Source: an uncultured Actinomycetota bacterium (GTDB lineage: Bacteria; Actinomycetota; Actinomycetes; JAHEKZ01). From it: DNA of 64,000 nucleotides. Each line of letters starts with the position of its first letter. Position 1 is the stretch's first letter. A program made the translations under genes and the position numbers. Under the pieces are notes generated by a model. That model worked only from the letters and a program-made list of their open reading frames with translations, made no database searches and was not told where the DNA came from. Shown one piece after another: positions 9,675 through 19,737 of this stretch. Location of the stretch: positions 526,632-590,631 of the forward strand of contig CAWHIJ010000003.1 in NCBI GenBank assembly GCA_963829525.1, read 5' to 3'.

Positions 9675-10822
9675 CCGTCTTCGACGCTCTGGTGGGCCAG
9701 GCACGAGCCGTCGAGACTTTGGCTCGCGCGGTGAAAGATGCTGCCTTGCCGTCGCCTGGGTCGGCAATGACCCACGCCTGGCTCTTCACTGGGCCTCCTG
9801 GGTCGGGCCGGTCCGTAGCGGCCAACGCCTTCGCTGCGGCACTCGTCTGCCCACAGGCTGGTTGTGGACACTGCCCTGACTGCCACACCGCACTGCTTGG
9901 TACGCACTCTGACGTCGAACACGTCTCCACCGAGTCGATGACGATCTCGGTCGAGCGTGCGCGGTCGCTCGTCCTCGAGGCATCCACCGCGCCTTCGGTC
10001 GCCCGCTGGCGGGTCATAGTTCTTGAGGACGCAGACCGGCTCACCGAGGCTGCCAACAACGCTCTGCTGAAGTCACTGGAGGAGCCGACACCGCACACCG
10101 TCTGGCTGCTCTGCGCGCCTTCCATGGAAGATGTCCTCCCGACCATCAGGTCGCGATGCCGCCACGTAGTGCTGAACACTCCCACAACGGCCGACGTCGC
10201 CCGCCATCTCGTCGAGCGTGACGGCGTGGACGAGGCCATGGCCTCCTTTGCTGCACGTGCGTCCATGGGTCACATCGGTCGCGCGAGAGGGCTGGCCCGC
10301 GACGAGCGGGCGAGGATAACCAGGGCGGCGACTCTTTCGTTACCTGTCAATGTGGCCTCGCTGGGCTCAGCACTGCTTTCGGCGCGCGAGCTGGTGGATG
10401 CGGCCGCCGAGCGAGGCGGTGAGCGAACCAAATCGGTCGATGAGAAGGAGCGCGCTGAGCTGGCACGCGGGATGGGCGTTGAGAACCCCGAGCGCCCCCC
10501 CAAATGGGCTCGAAGCGACTTCAAGCGACTCAAGGACGGACAGGACAAGCGGCGTAAGCGTGCGACCATTGACGAGCTCGACCGTGATCTGCAGGACCTC
10601 CTAGCCTTCTACCGCGATGTACTCGTCGTGCAGGTCGGCGGCCATGTGGCTCTCGTCAACGCCGAAATGCGGCAAAGCATCGAGAAGGTTGCTGGACGAT
10701 GCGAGCCAGAGATGACGATGCGAGCGATGGAAGCGATACTTGAAGCTCGCGAAAAGATTGCAGCGTACGTAACTCCACTGCTTGCAGTGGAGGAGTTGGC
10801 TCTGGCGCTGCGCGCCAGCTAA
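9671..10822 (+). CDS. holB: DNA polymerase III subunit delta prime
   Basis: It shows AWLFTGPPGSGRS and the zinc module CPQAGCGHCPDCH. It overlaps tmk by 4 nt. Confidence 0.88.
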   Translation: MTVFDALVGQARAVETLARAVKDAALPSPGSAMTHAWLFTGPPGSGRSVAANAFAAALVCPQAGCGHCPDCHTALLGTHSDVEHVSTESMTISVERARSLVLEASTAPSVARWRVIVLEDADRLTEAANNALLKSLEEPTPHTVWLLCAPSMEDVLPTIRSRCRHVVLNTPTTADVARHLVERDGVDEAMASFAARASMGHIGRARGLARDERARITRAATLSLPVNVASLGSALLSARELVDAAAERGGERTKSVDEKERAELARGMGVENPERPPKWARSDFKRLKDGQDKRRKRATIDELDRDLQDLLAFYRDVLVVQVGGHVALVNAEMRQSIEKVAGRCEPEMTMRAMEAILEAREKIAAYVTPLLAVEELALALRAS

Positions 10823-10834
10823 TCGGGAGGTCAC

Positions 10835-11521
10835 ATGCAGGTCGAACTGCGCCACCAGCCGAGCTTTTCGGTCGCTCGTATCCACCTCGCACCCGGCGAA
10901 CAGGTTCGCGCGGAGTCGGGGGCGATGGCGATGCACTCGTTCGGGGTCACTGTTGACGCCCAGATGCAGGGTGGGTTGAAGGGTGCGTTCAAGAGAGGTG
11001 TCATGGGTGGTGAGTCGTTATTCGTCACTACCTTCACCGGGCATCCCCAGTCTCCGACGTGGGTCGACGTTGCAGCTAACCTCCCCGGCGACATCTGGGT
11101 GGCGGAGGTTGTCCCCGGGCGGGCACTCGTGGTGACGCGAGGCTCTTGGCTGGCCAACGCGGCGGGCATCGACCTTGATACGAAATGGGGCGGAGCGAAG
11201 ATGTTCGGCGGTGGTGAGGGAGCCTTTGTGCTGCACGCCACGGGCGAGGGCCCCATCGTTTTGGCCGCGTACGGTGCGATGGATGTTCACGATCTGCAGC
11301 AGGGGCAGGGTTTCACCGTTGACTCCGGTCACCTCGTGGCTTACGACGACACGATCTCGGTCCAGACCCGCAAGGCGACGTCGGGGATCATGGCGACGAT
11401 GAAGTCCGGTGAGGGCCTCGTGATGGACTTCCAAGGCCCCGGTCGTGTCGTGACCCAGAGCCGCAACCCCAACGGCCTGATCAACTGGCTGCAGTCGGTC
11501 CTTCCAGGCAGTCGCGGTTGA
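10835..11521 (+). CDS. AIM24/TIGR00266 family protein (DUF124)
   Basis: N-terminal pattern (VARIHLAPGEQVRAESGAMAMHSFGV …SLFVTTFTG) typical of the family. Confidence 0.7.
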   Translation: MQVELRHQPSFSVARIHLAPGEQVRAESGAMAMHSFGVTVDAQMQGGLKGAFKRGVMGGESLFVTTFTGHPQSPTWVDVAANLPGDIWVAEVVPGRALVVTRGSWLANAAGIDLDTKWGGAKMFGGGEGAFVLHATGEGPIVLAAYGAMDVHDLQQGQGFTVDSGHLVAYDDTISVQTRKATSGIMATMKSGEGLVMDFQGPGRVVTQSRNPNGLINWLQSVLPGSRG

Positions 11522-13033
11522 TCCGGCGGCTCGTGCTGGGGGCGGCGGCCGGCCTGCTCTTGGCTGGGTGCACCTCCGGCGAGCCAGAGGTGACCGCATC
11601 TCCCGTACCGAGTCCGAGCGCTACGACTGAAGCGCCAAGTGCCCTCCGGCCCTTCTATGAACAACGGGCTGAGTGGGCAGAGTGTGGGCAGTTCGACTGC
11701 GCCACCCTCCAAGCGCCACTCGACTATCGCCAGCCTGGCGCTGGCTCGATTGATCTCGCGATGCTCAGGCGACCAGCTGACAACCAGGACGAGAAACTCG
11801 GCTCACTCTTCGTCAACCCGGGTGGCCCCGGCGTCTCGGGGATCGGCTACGCCAAGCTTGCTGAGGTGCTTTTCACTGAGCCGGTTCTCGAGCACTACGA
11901 CATCGTGGGGTGGGACCCAAGAGGCGTGGGCGAGAGCACAGCCATCTCGTGCATGACCGATGAAGAGACCGACATCTACTACGAGACGGACGGCACACCT
12001 GACACTGCTGCTGAGGTGCGCGACCTCGTTCGGCTGAACGAGCGGTTCACCAAAGGGTGCGTAGCCGATGACGCCGCCCTGATTCCGCAGCTGGGCACCT
12101 TCAGTTCCGCGCGAGACATCGACATTCTGCGTGCGGCCGTGGACGAACCGCGCCTCAACTACTTCGGTGCCAGCTACGGCACAGAGCTGGGAGCGATCTA
12201 CGCCGAGCTCTTTCCACAGCGGGTTGGTCGCATGGTTCTGGACGCCGCACTCGACCCGGCCGTCACCGCTCAAGATCTCTCACGTGGACAGCTCCGAGGA
12301 TTCCAGGGTGCGACTCAGGCGTTCATCGAGGACTGCATCGCGCGCGAGGGCTGCGCTGTCGGGCCCACATCGGCAGAGGCTGAAGCGCAGTTGGCCGACC
12401 TGCTCCTTGAGCTAGACACCGCTCCGCTCCCCACTGACTCCGGGCGTCCCCTGACAGAGTCGCTTGCCACCGTCGGCATGATCTCGGCCATGTACAGCGA
12501 GTCGTCAGGGTGGCCATCGTTGCGGCTGGGACTGTCTCAGGCATTCAGTGGAGACGGCACGGTCCTTCTTGGCTTTGGCCGACGCCTACACGGAACGAAA
12601 CGCTGACGGCACCTACGCATCAAACGTCAACTCTGCGTTTCCGGCAATCAGCTGCACCGATCGCCCGGGTACCTCGTCAGTGGCGGAGGCCAAGCGCCTC
12701 TCCCGAAAGTACGAGCAGATCTCACCGATCTTCGGCCGCACGTTCGCCTGGGGCGCGGTTTCTTGTCGAGACTGGCCGGTAAAGAAAGGTGCCTTCCCCA
12801 CTTCGGCTGTTGCCAAAGGCGCCGATCCCATCGTTGTGATCGGTACGACTCGCGACCCTGCGACGCCCTACGCCTGGTCAGTCAGTCTGGCCAAGTCTTT
12901 GGAGAACGGCGTCCTGATTTCTCGGGACGGCGACGGGCACACCGGCTACAACGCCGGTAACACGTGCGTCGATGACGCCGTCGATGCCTACCTTGTGGGC
13001 GGCGTCGTTCCGAACGACCCGACCGGTTGCTGA
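11518..13033 (+). pseudogene. Secreted lipoprotein alpha/beta-hydrolase of the tripeptidyl-aminopeptidase (TAP) type, split by a +1 frame disruption near 12566-12575
   Basis: The N-terminal ORF 11518-12606 has a lipobox (LLLAGCTSG) and the TAP-like motif VNPGGPGVSGIGY…WDPRGVGEST. The C-terminal part continues in another frame (12548-13033, …LALADAYTERNADGTY…CTDRP). Removing one g from cttcttGGctttg restores a continuous SGDGTVLLALADAY reading. Confidence 0.65.
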
Positions 13034-13146
13034 GCCAGCGGTTGGTGGGGCGGGCGTTGGGCGTAACTGGCCTGTTTCGCGGGTCCCTACGAGCATGGCT
13101 GCACGCCGTCGGTAGACTCTGGGCCCTGGCCTGCCCTGCAGGACAC

Positions 13147-13223
13147 GCCGCCTTAGCTCAGTCGGCTAGAGCGACGCACTCGTAATGCGTAGGTCATCGG
13201 TTCGACTCCGATAGGCGGCTCCA
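13147..13223 (+). tRNA. tRNA-Thr (anticodon CGU)
   Basis: Hand-folded cloverleaf: acceptor GCCGCCU/AGGCGGC, D-arm AGCTCAGTCGGCTAGAGC, anticodon loop CTCGTAA, T-arm GGTTCGACTCC, 3' CCA. Confidence 0.85.
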
Positions 13224-13477
13224 CAGTCTGATCCCCGGAATCCCGTATTGGCGATTGGCCAAGGTGGAGACCAGCTACACGGGCAACGAATTGCCGGAAG
13301 TTTGTTTCTTACGTACTCTGTGGGTAAGGGGAGTACCTCGCCAAGCGCGCTTCGTCAGTCCGGTGGTCCATTGGTCACCCGGAGCGCCGCCCGGACGCCC
13401 GGGTGAGGGAGACCGTCGTATCTGCGGCTCATGCCGCGACCGGTCCCGAAGGGCCCGCCCGTGAATGTCGTGAACCG

Positions 13478-14299
13478 ATGACCGAGGTCTCCCGAGGTGG
13501 CCGACTCGCCCAACTTGTCGACTCCGATCGCTTCAACGGAGCCATTGCCGCGGTGATCGTGGCCAACGCTGTGGTACTGGGGCTGGAGACCTACCCGGCT
13601 GTTACCCGGGACCACGGATCGATGTTGATGTTTCTCAACGGTCTCTTCTACAGTGTCTTCGCTCTTGAGCTAGTCCTCAGAATCGCTTCATACGGTCGAA
13701 GGCCACAGGACTTCTTCCGCAGTGGCTGGAACATCTTCGACCTCGTCATCATCGGGTCGGTCGCGATCCCGGCCGTGCGCGAGCAGACGCAGCTGCTTCG
13801 GCTGCTTCGGCTGGCCCGCATCGTGCGCCTTGTGCGATTCCTGCCGGATGCTCGAATCCTGATCCTGACGGTTCTTAAGTCGATTCCGTCGGTCTTCAGC
13901 ATGGTGGTCCTGACCCTTGTGCTGATGTTTGTGTACGGCATGGTCGGCTGGTCCCTCTACGGTGAGGCGCTCCCAGAGACCTGGGGGACGATCGGTCAAT
14001 CGATGCTCACCCTGTTCATCTTGCTGACGTTGGAGAACTTCCCGACCTACCTCGCCGAGGCAGAGCAGGTGAGCCCCTTTGCGCCGGCCTTCTTCGTCTC
14101 GTACGTGTTGCTTGCCGCCTTCATCGTCTTCAATCTGCTGATCGGGATCGTCATCGCGTCCATGGAGAAGGCTCGCCGACACGAGGCGGGTGATGGCGTC
14201 CCCGTGTCCGATGATCTTCTTCTGGAACGGATTGCTGACCTCCGGATGTCACTGAGCAAACTCGAATCCGACCTCACGCAGCGAGGGACCGGGCATTGA
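13478..14299 (+). CDS. Voltage-gated ion channel, ion_trans family (BacNav/NaChBac-like single 6-TM domain)
   Basis: The S4 segment has arginines every third residue (LLRLLRLARIVRLVRFL). The pore region is SMLTLFILLTLENFPTY, and the post-pore helix resembles NaChBac. The ORF track starts at 13403, but the ATG at 13478 gives a protein of typical length. Confidence 0.75.
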   Translation: MTEVSRGGRLAQLVDSDRFNGAIAAVIVANAVVLGLETYPAVTRDHGSMLMFLNGLFYSVFALELVLRIASYGRRPQDFFRSGWNIFDLVIIGSVAIPAVREQTQLLRLLRLARIVRLVRFLPDARILILTVLKSIPSVFSMVVLTLVLMFVYGMVGWSLYGEALPETWGTIGQSMLTLFILLTLENFPTYLAEAEQVSPFAPAFFVSYVLLAAFIVFNLLIGIVIASMEKARRHEAGDGVPVSDDLLLERIADLRMSLSKLESDLTQRGTGH

Positions 14300-14341
14300 T
14301 CTGACGATCGCCGGCTGCGGATGCTCCCCCAAGGACGGCGT

Positions 14342-15854
14342 CTAGGGTGTCACCTTGGTGTAGACGACATCGGAGGTGTTTCTCGCAGAGCCGGTCCGCG
14401 TAAAGAGCAGGCCGAAGTCGTTGCCGGCCGTTGCGATCCCCTGGTAGTCACCGAGGAAGTACCCGCGGGCAATGGGTGCGTTCTCCATGTCGAACGGCCC
14501 CTCGACGTGTGTCTCGGTCCAGTTGCCGGGCGAGGTGCAGTCCGAACTGGAGGCGCATGACGTGAACCAGTAGTCGGTAGGCAGGCCCGCTGCGGCGTCG
14601 TTGTTTCGGAAGTCGTAGTAGGCGACGCCGACGGTGCCATCTTGGGCGACAGCGACGCTCGGTGTGAAGGCGCTGACGTTGGTTGGGGCATTGTCGATCT
14701 TTGTCGGGCGCGCTCCAGGTACGGCCGCCGTCCGTCGACTGCGAGAACGCAACGTGGGAGTAGGCACCGTTCGCAAATCGGCCGTCCTGCCATACCGCAT
14801 ACAGGTTTCCAGTCGTACGGTCCACAGCAACCTCCGGAATGATGTCTCCGGTGCGTACGGCAGCGCCAGTGTCGGGGTCTGTCACCTGGACGAACTGCAG
14901 GTTGGAGACGATGGTGGCCTTGCTGTCCCAGGTAACGCCCTTGTCGGCGGATCGGATCACCGCGACGTTGTAGCCGCGGATCTTTCCCTTGTTGTCATTG
15001 CGGATCAGGTTGAACAGGTCGACCAGTGTGCCGTTGGGAAGCACCACGATCTGGTTCCCGATCGTCTGGTTGTGCGTTCCGAGGTTGTAGATGATTCGCG
15101 CAGGCTCCCAGGTGTCGCCACCATCGACGGTCCGGGCCAGCAGCGTCGGTCCCCGGTAGCCAGAGGTGTTCTCCGAGCTCTTCAGCGAGCCCTTGCCTGG
15201 GGGTGAGTCGAGCCGGTCCCAGATTGCGTAGACGTAGTTGGAGTCGTAAGGGTCGGCGGTGATGCTGTTCTTGTCGTTGAAGAGGGACGTGTCGGTGTCG
15301 TAAGCGATGAAGGTCGGGCTTCCCCAGATGAGGCCGCCATTGGTTGATCGGCTCACTGACATGCCGGTCGGAGTGTTCCCGCCGGTTGGCACCTTGGTCT
15401 CCACCAATGACATCTGGTAGAGCGTTCCGTTGGGGGAGAAGGTCAACCACGGGTCGCTGGCGCGGGAGAAGTCAGTGCCGCCGGAACAATAGGTGAGGCC
15501 GGGAATCGCTCCGGTCGTGAAGGTTGCCCCACCGTTGAAGCTGGCGCCGAATCCCGAGCCAACAGCCGCTCCACTCGACCAGCGGTCCTGCTGCCAGCTT
15601 CCGACGACGTTGTTTGAGTTGGTGGGGTTGATCGCCAGGGAGGGCTCAAGCTCGGTGTTCAGGAACTTGGACCCAGGGCCGGTGTCGGTGATGGTGCATC
15701 CGGCAAGCGGACTGACGCTTGGGCTGGCCGGAACTACCGTCCCGGGTGTGTAGGCAGCTGCTGCGGCGACGCCCATCCCCATGAGCGGCAAGGTGGCGAC
15801 AACGACGAGAACGCGGCGCATGAGTACTCCCTGAACGAGATGCCTGCGGTGCAC
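14342..15854 (-). pseudogene. Secreted BNR/Asp-box repeat (sialidase-fold) protein, interrupted by a frame disruption near 14705-14712
   Basis: Reading down from 15854 there are a signal peptide and four S-x-D-G-G-x-T-W boxes (STNGGLIW, TVDGGDTW, SADKGVTW, STDGGRTW). It then falls out of frame after …TWSAP. The homologous C-terminus (…GDYQGIA…) continues in the +1 frame (ORF 14342-14830). Removing one c from the gcgCCCgac run restores …WSAPTKIDNAPT…. Confidence 0.65.
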
Positions 15855-16085
15855 GAGGGCTCACCAGCGAACCACTCGTGGCGTTTGTCGGACTCGGTTT
15901 AGCACACTTGAAATGGAGCCACGAGGGTCTTGCATCAACTGTGACTCCGGGTGATCGCTTGATAACCGCAGCGAGCGTCCGGGTTGTGCCGATATTCGGC
16001 GCCGCGCCGCCAGCGGGCTCAAGAAGTTCCTGTACAACCGTTCAGGCCTCGGGCTAGGTTCCAGGCGTCGACGAAGGGACCCCCC

Positions 16086-17543
16086 ATGAGCTACTCGCGG
16101 CGTTACCCACTCATTGCACTCGCGGTCGCCCTGCTTGTCGTGGCGACCTGGATCGTTCTCTCCCGGCCCTTCTCCGACGAAGGGTCCTCAGCTGCAGTTT
16201 CTGCGCTCACGTCGGGAGAGGACCCGGGCGAGCAGGGCGTTGGTGATGCCGAGTTCGAGCGAGGGATGGCCCGTCAAGAAGCCTCCCAGTCGGTGCCCCT
16301 GCGAACGGCGCCCGTCCAGGCCAGTCCTGCGAGCGGATGGGCCGGTTCAACGCGATTTAGCGCGACCGGCAACGATTGGGAGCCGGCGGTAGCAGCTGCG
16401 CCGAACTCGGGCTCGGTGTACGTACTCACCACCCGTTACGGCGGCGCCAAGGCGTGCCGGAGCGCTTGCCCAGACCCCGCTCTGATCCTTCGGGTCAGCA
16501 GCGACTACGGCAAGACATTTGGTTCGGAGTCTTACCTGTGCGCATGCAAGAACGTGAAGGCGCAGAATGACCCTGAGATGGTGGTGCTTCCAAATGGGAC
16601 GGTCTATGCCGCGTGGATGAATGACTGGCGCATCGTCTTCGCGAAGTCAACGGACAAGGGCAAGACCTGGTCTGCCCCGGTTTCTGTCGTAGGCAATCTC
16701 TCCTGGTCGGACAAGCCGATCATGGTCGCGTCGCCGACGGGACAGGACGTGTACATCGCCTTCAACAAGAGCGATGCCTATGTGGCGGTCTCCCACGACT
16801 TCGGGGTGACGTGGACGCAGCAGCTCTCCCAAGCCAATGGCCAGTACCACTTTGCCAACGGCGGTGTGGTGCTCCCGAACGGTGGTATTGCGTTCGGCGA
16901 GGTGGCCTACGCGCAGGATTCGACGGGCCCGTCGACAGTGCAGGTGCACCGGTCAACCGATGGCGGAGTCACTTGGTCGGTGACCAACGTCGACACGATG
17001 CAAGAGATGCCTCATTGCACCTCGGCCGGCTGCGGGATCGACTACTACGGGCCACAAGCTGCGCTCGCTGCAGACAGCAGTGGTCAGTTGATGATCGCCT
17101 ACAACGGGAACAGCAGCGCTCTAGCCCCGCAAAGGATGTACACCAGGACATCGACCAATGGTGGGAGTACCTGGTCGGCGCGTACCGACGTCACCGGCGT
17201 GGCTGGAGCAGGCTCGGGAACCGCTGGGGCAGCGTTCCCTGCAGCTGCGGCGGGAGGAGCCGGAGACTTCCGGCTGTACTTCATGGATGACCGCAACGGA
17301 GCTGCGTCCTGGAACGTGTGGTTCGTCAAAAGCACGAATGGTGGTGGCACTTGGTCGACGCCAGCGCTTCTGAGTGACGCGACAGCAGGAGCCAGCTACA
17401 TCAGTGCGAACGGGTTCGCGCAACCGTACGGTGACTACGGTCAACTAGCCGTCCGGGCCGATGGTGGAACGATCGCCGTTTGGGGTGAAGGAGTCTCCTA
17501 CACGGGACCGGGAAATACCTGGATCAACCGCACAACTCCCTAG
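16086..17543 (+). CDS. BNR/Asp-box repeat (sialidase-fold) protein, membrane-anchored or secreted; a paralogue of the neighbouring gene
   Basis: An N-terminal hydrophobic segment (LIALAVALLVVATWIVL) is followed by five Asp-boxes (STDKGKTW, SHDFGVTW, STDGGVTW, STNGGSTW, STNGGGTW). The ATG at 16086 is preferred over the upstream 15984 start of the track. Confidence 0.75.
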   Translation: MSYSRRYPLIALAVALLVVATWIVLSRPFSDEGSSAAVSALTSGEDPGEQGVGDAEFERGMARQEASQSVPLRTAPVQASPASGWAGSTRFSATGNDWEPAVAAAPNSGSVYVLTTRYGGAKACRSACPDPALILRVSSDYGKTFGSESYLCACKNVKAQNDPEMVVLPNGTVYAAWMNDWRIVFAKSTDKGKTWSAPVSVVGNLSWSDKPIMVASPTGQDVYIAFNKSDAYVAVSHDFGVTWTQQLSQANGQYHFANGGVVLPNGGIAFGEVAYAQDSTGPSTVQVHRSTDGGVTWSVTNVDTMQEMPHCTSAGCGIDYYGPQAALAADSSGQLMIAYNGNSSALAPQRMYTRTSTNGGSTWSARTDVTGVAGAGSGTAGAAFPAAAAGGAGDFRLYFMDDRNGAASWNVWFVKSTNGGGTWSTPALLSDATAGASYISANGFAQPYGDYGQLAVRADGGTIAVWGEGVSYTGPGNTWINRTTP

Positions 17544-17608
17544 CGATCCTGCTGGCATGGGAGGGCAGACAGCTGACGAACGTCGGACGCCGCAGTCTTC
17601 TGAAGGCC

Positions 17609-18562
17609 GTGGGACTCGTGGGGGCTGCGGGGGGCATCGTTGGATGCACGAGCACGGGGGGCCGCGGTTCCGCGGATGCCCTGCGACTTGATCCGTCCGT
17701 GAGCCCGTCGCCGTCGACGAGTCCCATGGGTGTCGCGCTCCCAAAGCCACAGCCCTGGGTGCCAAGCGCGAATGACGTTGCCGCTGACGCCAAGGCACGT
17801 GCGGTCGGGCTGGTCGAGACCGCAGCCACGTGGGAGTCCGGCAATGGGGGGTTCCAGAACGCCCGTCGTCGGCTGAACGAGTCAGGGTTCGATGGCGATC
17901 TGGTTGACGACCTCGGGTCAGTGCTCGTCGACGGGGTCGAGTCAGTGGCACGCGTCGTCGTGGCCCAGTACGGGGGCCTTCTTGCCGACAGCGCATCGGT
18001 GCTGGTGGTCGTGGACCAGTGGGTGCTGCGGAGGGATGGGAGGATTCGGGCTGGCGGGACGACACTCGACATCCGGCTGGCGGTCGACGAGCCTGAGTGG
18101 GCCGTCACGGTTGTGCGGCCAGCTCGACCGGGGCGTGCGGTCGGCGGTCTCTCTCGCGCCGCGCGGCGTCTACTGGCGAGTACTCGTGTGACCTTGCCGG
18201 AAGCTGCCGCGTCGGACATCCGTGCCGGCGAGATCAACGATGTCGTGCTGAACGCGCTCCATTCGCTTTCAGAACGGCGCCAACTCGATGTCAGCGTCCT
18301 CCGTTCAGGGCACCCGGTGCGGGTCTTCGGCACCGACCGGGTGAGCAATCACACCGAGGGAAGGGCCGTCGACGTGTGGGCCCTCGACGGTCGCCCCATC
18401 GTCGACATGAGGGTTGCCCCAGAGCTGACGGAGTTCATGAAGGAGGCCTCGGATGTTGGTGCTTACCAGGTTGGCGGCCCAACAGACCTCGACGGAGGGG
18501 ATGCCGTCTACTTCTCGGACGACACCCATCAGGACCACATCCATCTAGGTTTCCCGACCTGA
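17609..18562 (+). CDS. Tat-exported lipoprotein with a C-terminal peptidase M15 (VanY/LAS-superfamily zinc peptidase) domain
   Basis: The zinc-ligand motif SNHTEGRAVD plus the C-terminal HQDHIH match the family. The in-frame region upstream of 17609 encodes a textbook twin-arginine signal and lipobox (NVGRRSLLKAVGLVGAAGGIVGCTS) with no canonical start. Deleting one g from atgGGAGGG (17557-17565) yields MGGRQLTNVGRRSLLKA…, so the N-terminus is probably frame-disrupted. Confidence 0.6.
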   Translation: MGLVGAAGGIVGCTSTGGRGSADALRLDPSVSPSPSTSPMGVALPKPQPWVPSANDVAADAKARAVGLVETAATWESGNGGFQNARRRLNESGFDGDLVDDLGSVLVDGVESVARVVVAQYGGLLADSASVLVVVDQWVLRRDGRIRAGGTTLDIRLAVDEPEWAVTVVRPARPGRAVGGLSRAARRLLASTRVTLPEAAASDIRAGEINDVVLNALHSLSERRQLDVSVLRSGHPVRVFGTDRVSNHTEGRAVDVWALDGRPIVDMRVAPELTEFMKEASDVGAYQVGGPTDLDGGDAVYFSDDTHQDHIHLGFPT

Positions 18563-18586
18563 CGTGGCCACGGTTGCAGCGGGTGC

Positions 18587-19699
18587 TCAGGCCTCGCCCA
18601 TGACCTTTCGGTAGTACTGGTTGAACTGGTGCACGTAGTCATCCTTGGCCGGGTAGACGCCATGCGCGAACCCGCGTGAGGTGATGCCACGTTGCACCCG
18701 CGCGGAAACGGCGTAGTCCTGACCGGCTACGAGCTCACAGAAGTCGACAACTGGCTGATGGTCGAAGTCTGGCTCGGCGATATCCTCTGGAAGGAAGAGG
18801 TACTCGGTGAGCACCCGCGTCTGGGTTGGCCCCTCTGGCACCAGGCGGGTTGCTACGACGTTGCTTCCGGCGACGTCGATGAACATGTTGGGGAACACTT
18901 GGCTGCCGTAGATGGAGTGCGCCATCTCGTCGTTCATACCGGGGAGCACTGCCTTTCGTGCGCGCGGGTCGTCGGAGTAACTGGTACCTCCTGTGATCAG
19001 CGCGACACCGCCGTCTTCGCGGCTCCGGTCGCCCGTCATGCCCTTCTTGTAGGTCGGGACGACCTCGACAAGCTCCGGGTGCACGATCGGGCAGTGCAGG
19101 CACTCGTTGTAGTTCTCGATGATTATCTTCCAGTTTGCTGCGACTACAGACTCAGTGCGGTGCACGGTGACCAGGCGGTCCATCTTGTGCTTTTCGAAGC
19201 GGAGGGGAGAGTCGTAGTGGGCATCGAGTGCCTCGCGGAGCGGGGTTGGTGTGGTCCGGCTGAGGTTGACGAAGAGAAACCCTTGCCAGTCGTCGACGTG
19301 AACCGGCTTGAGGCCCAATACCGAGCGGTCCACCTCACCCTCGTCAACGCGTGGTGTGGCGACGAGAGCTCCGTTCAAGTCGTAGCACCATGCGTGGTAC
19401 GGGCATTGGAAGACTGCCTTCGTCTCCCCGCGGACGTCGTCACACAGAACTGCGCCACGGTGGCTGCAGACGTTGTAGAAGGCCCGAAGCTCGCCCGCGT
19501 CGTTGCGCGTGACGAGCACACCCTGTCCGGCAATGTCGATGGTGAGGAACTGCCCCGCAGTAGCCACCTGGTCGGTGCGTCCAGCGAACACCCACTGCTG
19601 GTACCAGAGCTGCTCCTGCTCGACGGCGTACTGCTCGGGTGAGTAGTAGTGGCCAGCAGGCAGGGTGTGGCGTGCCTCCGTTGGCGCCTCGATGGTCAT
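18587..19699 (-). CDS. Rieske [2Fe-2S] non-heme-iron oxygenase alpha subunit (phthalate/VanA-type)
   Basis: The Rieske motif CSHRGAVLC…CPYHAW is present. The 370-aa size is typical of single-component-type alpha subunits. Confidence 0.8.
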   Translation of the reverse strand: MTIEAPTEARHTLPAGHYYSPEQYAVEQEQLWYQQWVFAGRTDQVATAGQFLTIDIAGQGVLVTRNDAGELRAFYNVCSHRGAVLCDDVRGETKAVFQCPYHAWCYDLNGALVATPRVDEGEVDRSVLGLKPVHVDDWQGFLFVNLSRTTPTPLREALDAHYDSPLRFEKHKMDRLVTVHRTESVVAANWKIIIENYNECLHCPIVHPELVEVVPTYKKGMTGDRSREDGGVALITGGTSYSDDPRARKAVLPGMNDEMAHSIYGSQVFPNMFIDVAGSNVVATRLVPEGPTQTRVLTEYLFLPEDIAEPDFDHQPVVDFCELVAGQDYAVSARVQRGITSRGFAHGVYPAKDDYVHQFNQYYRKVMGEA

Positions 19700-19737
19700 C
19701 GTCCCTCCGTCAGGATCGCTTGCCGGGCCTACTCAAG

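Noticed and set aside
13034-13400. Search for an integrase, a second tRNA or attachment-site repeats flanking tRNA-Thr
   Set aside because: No tyrosine-recombinase-like ORF, no second cloverleaf and no obvious duplicate of the tRNA 3' end was found in the flanks.
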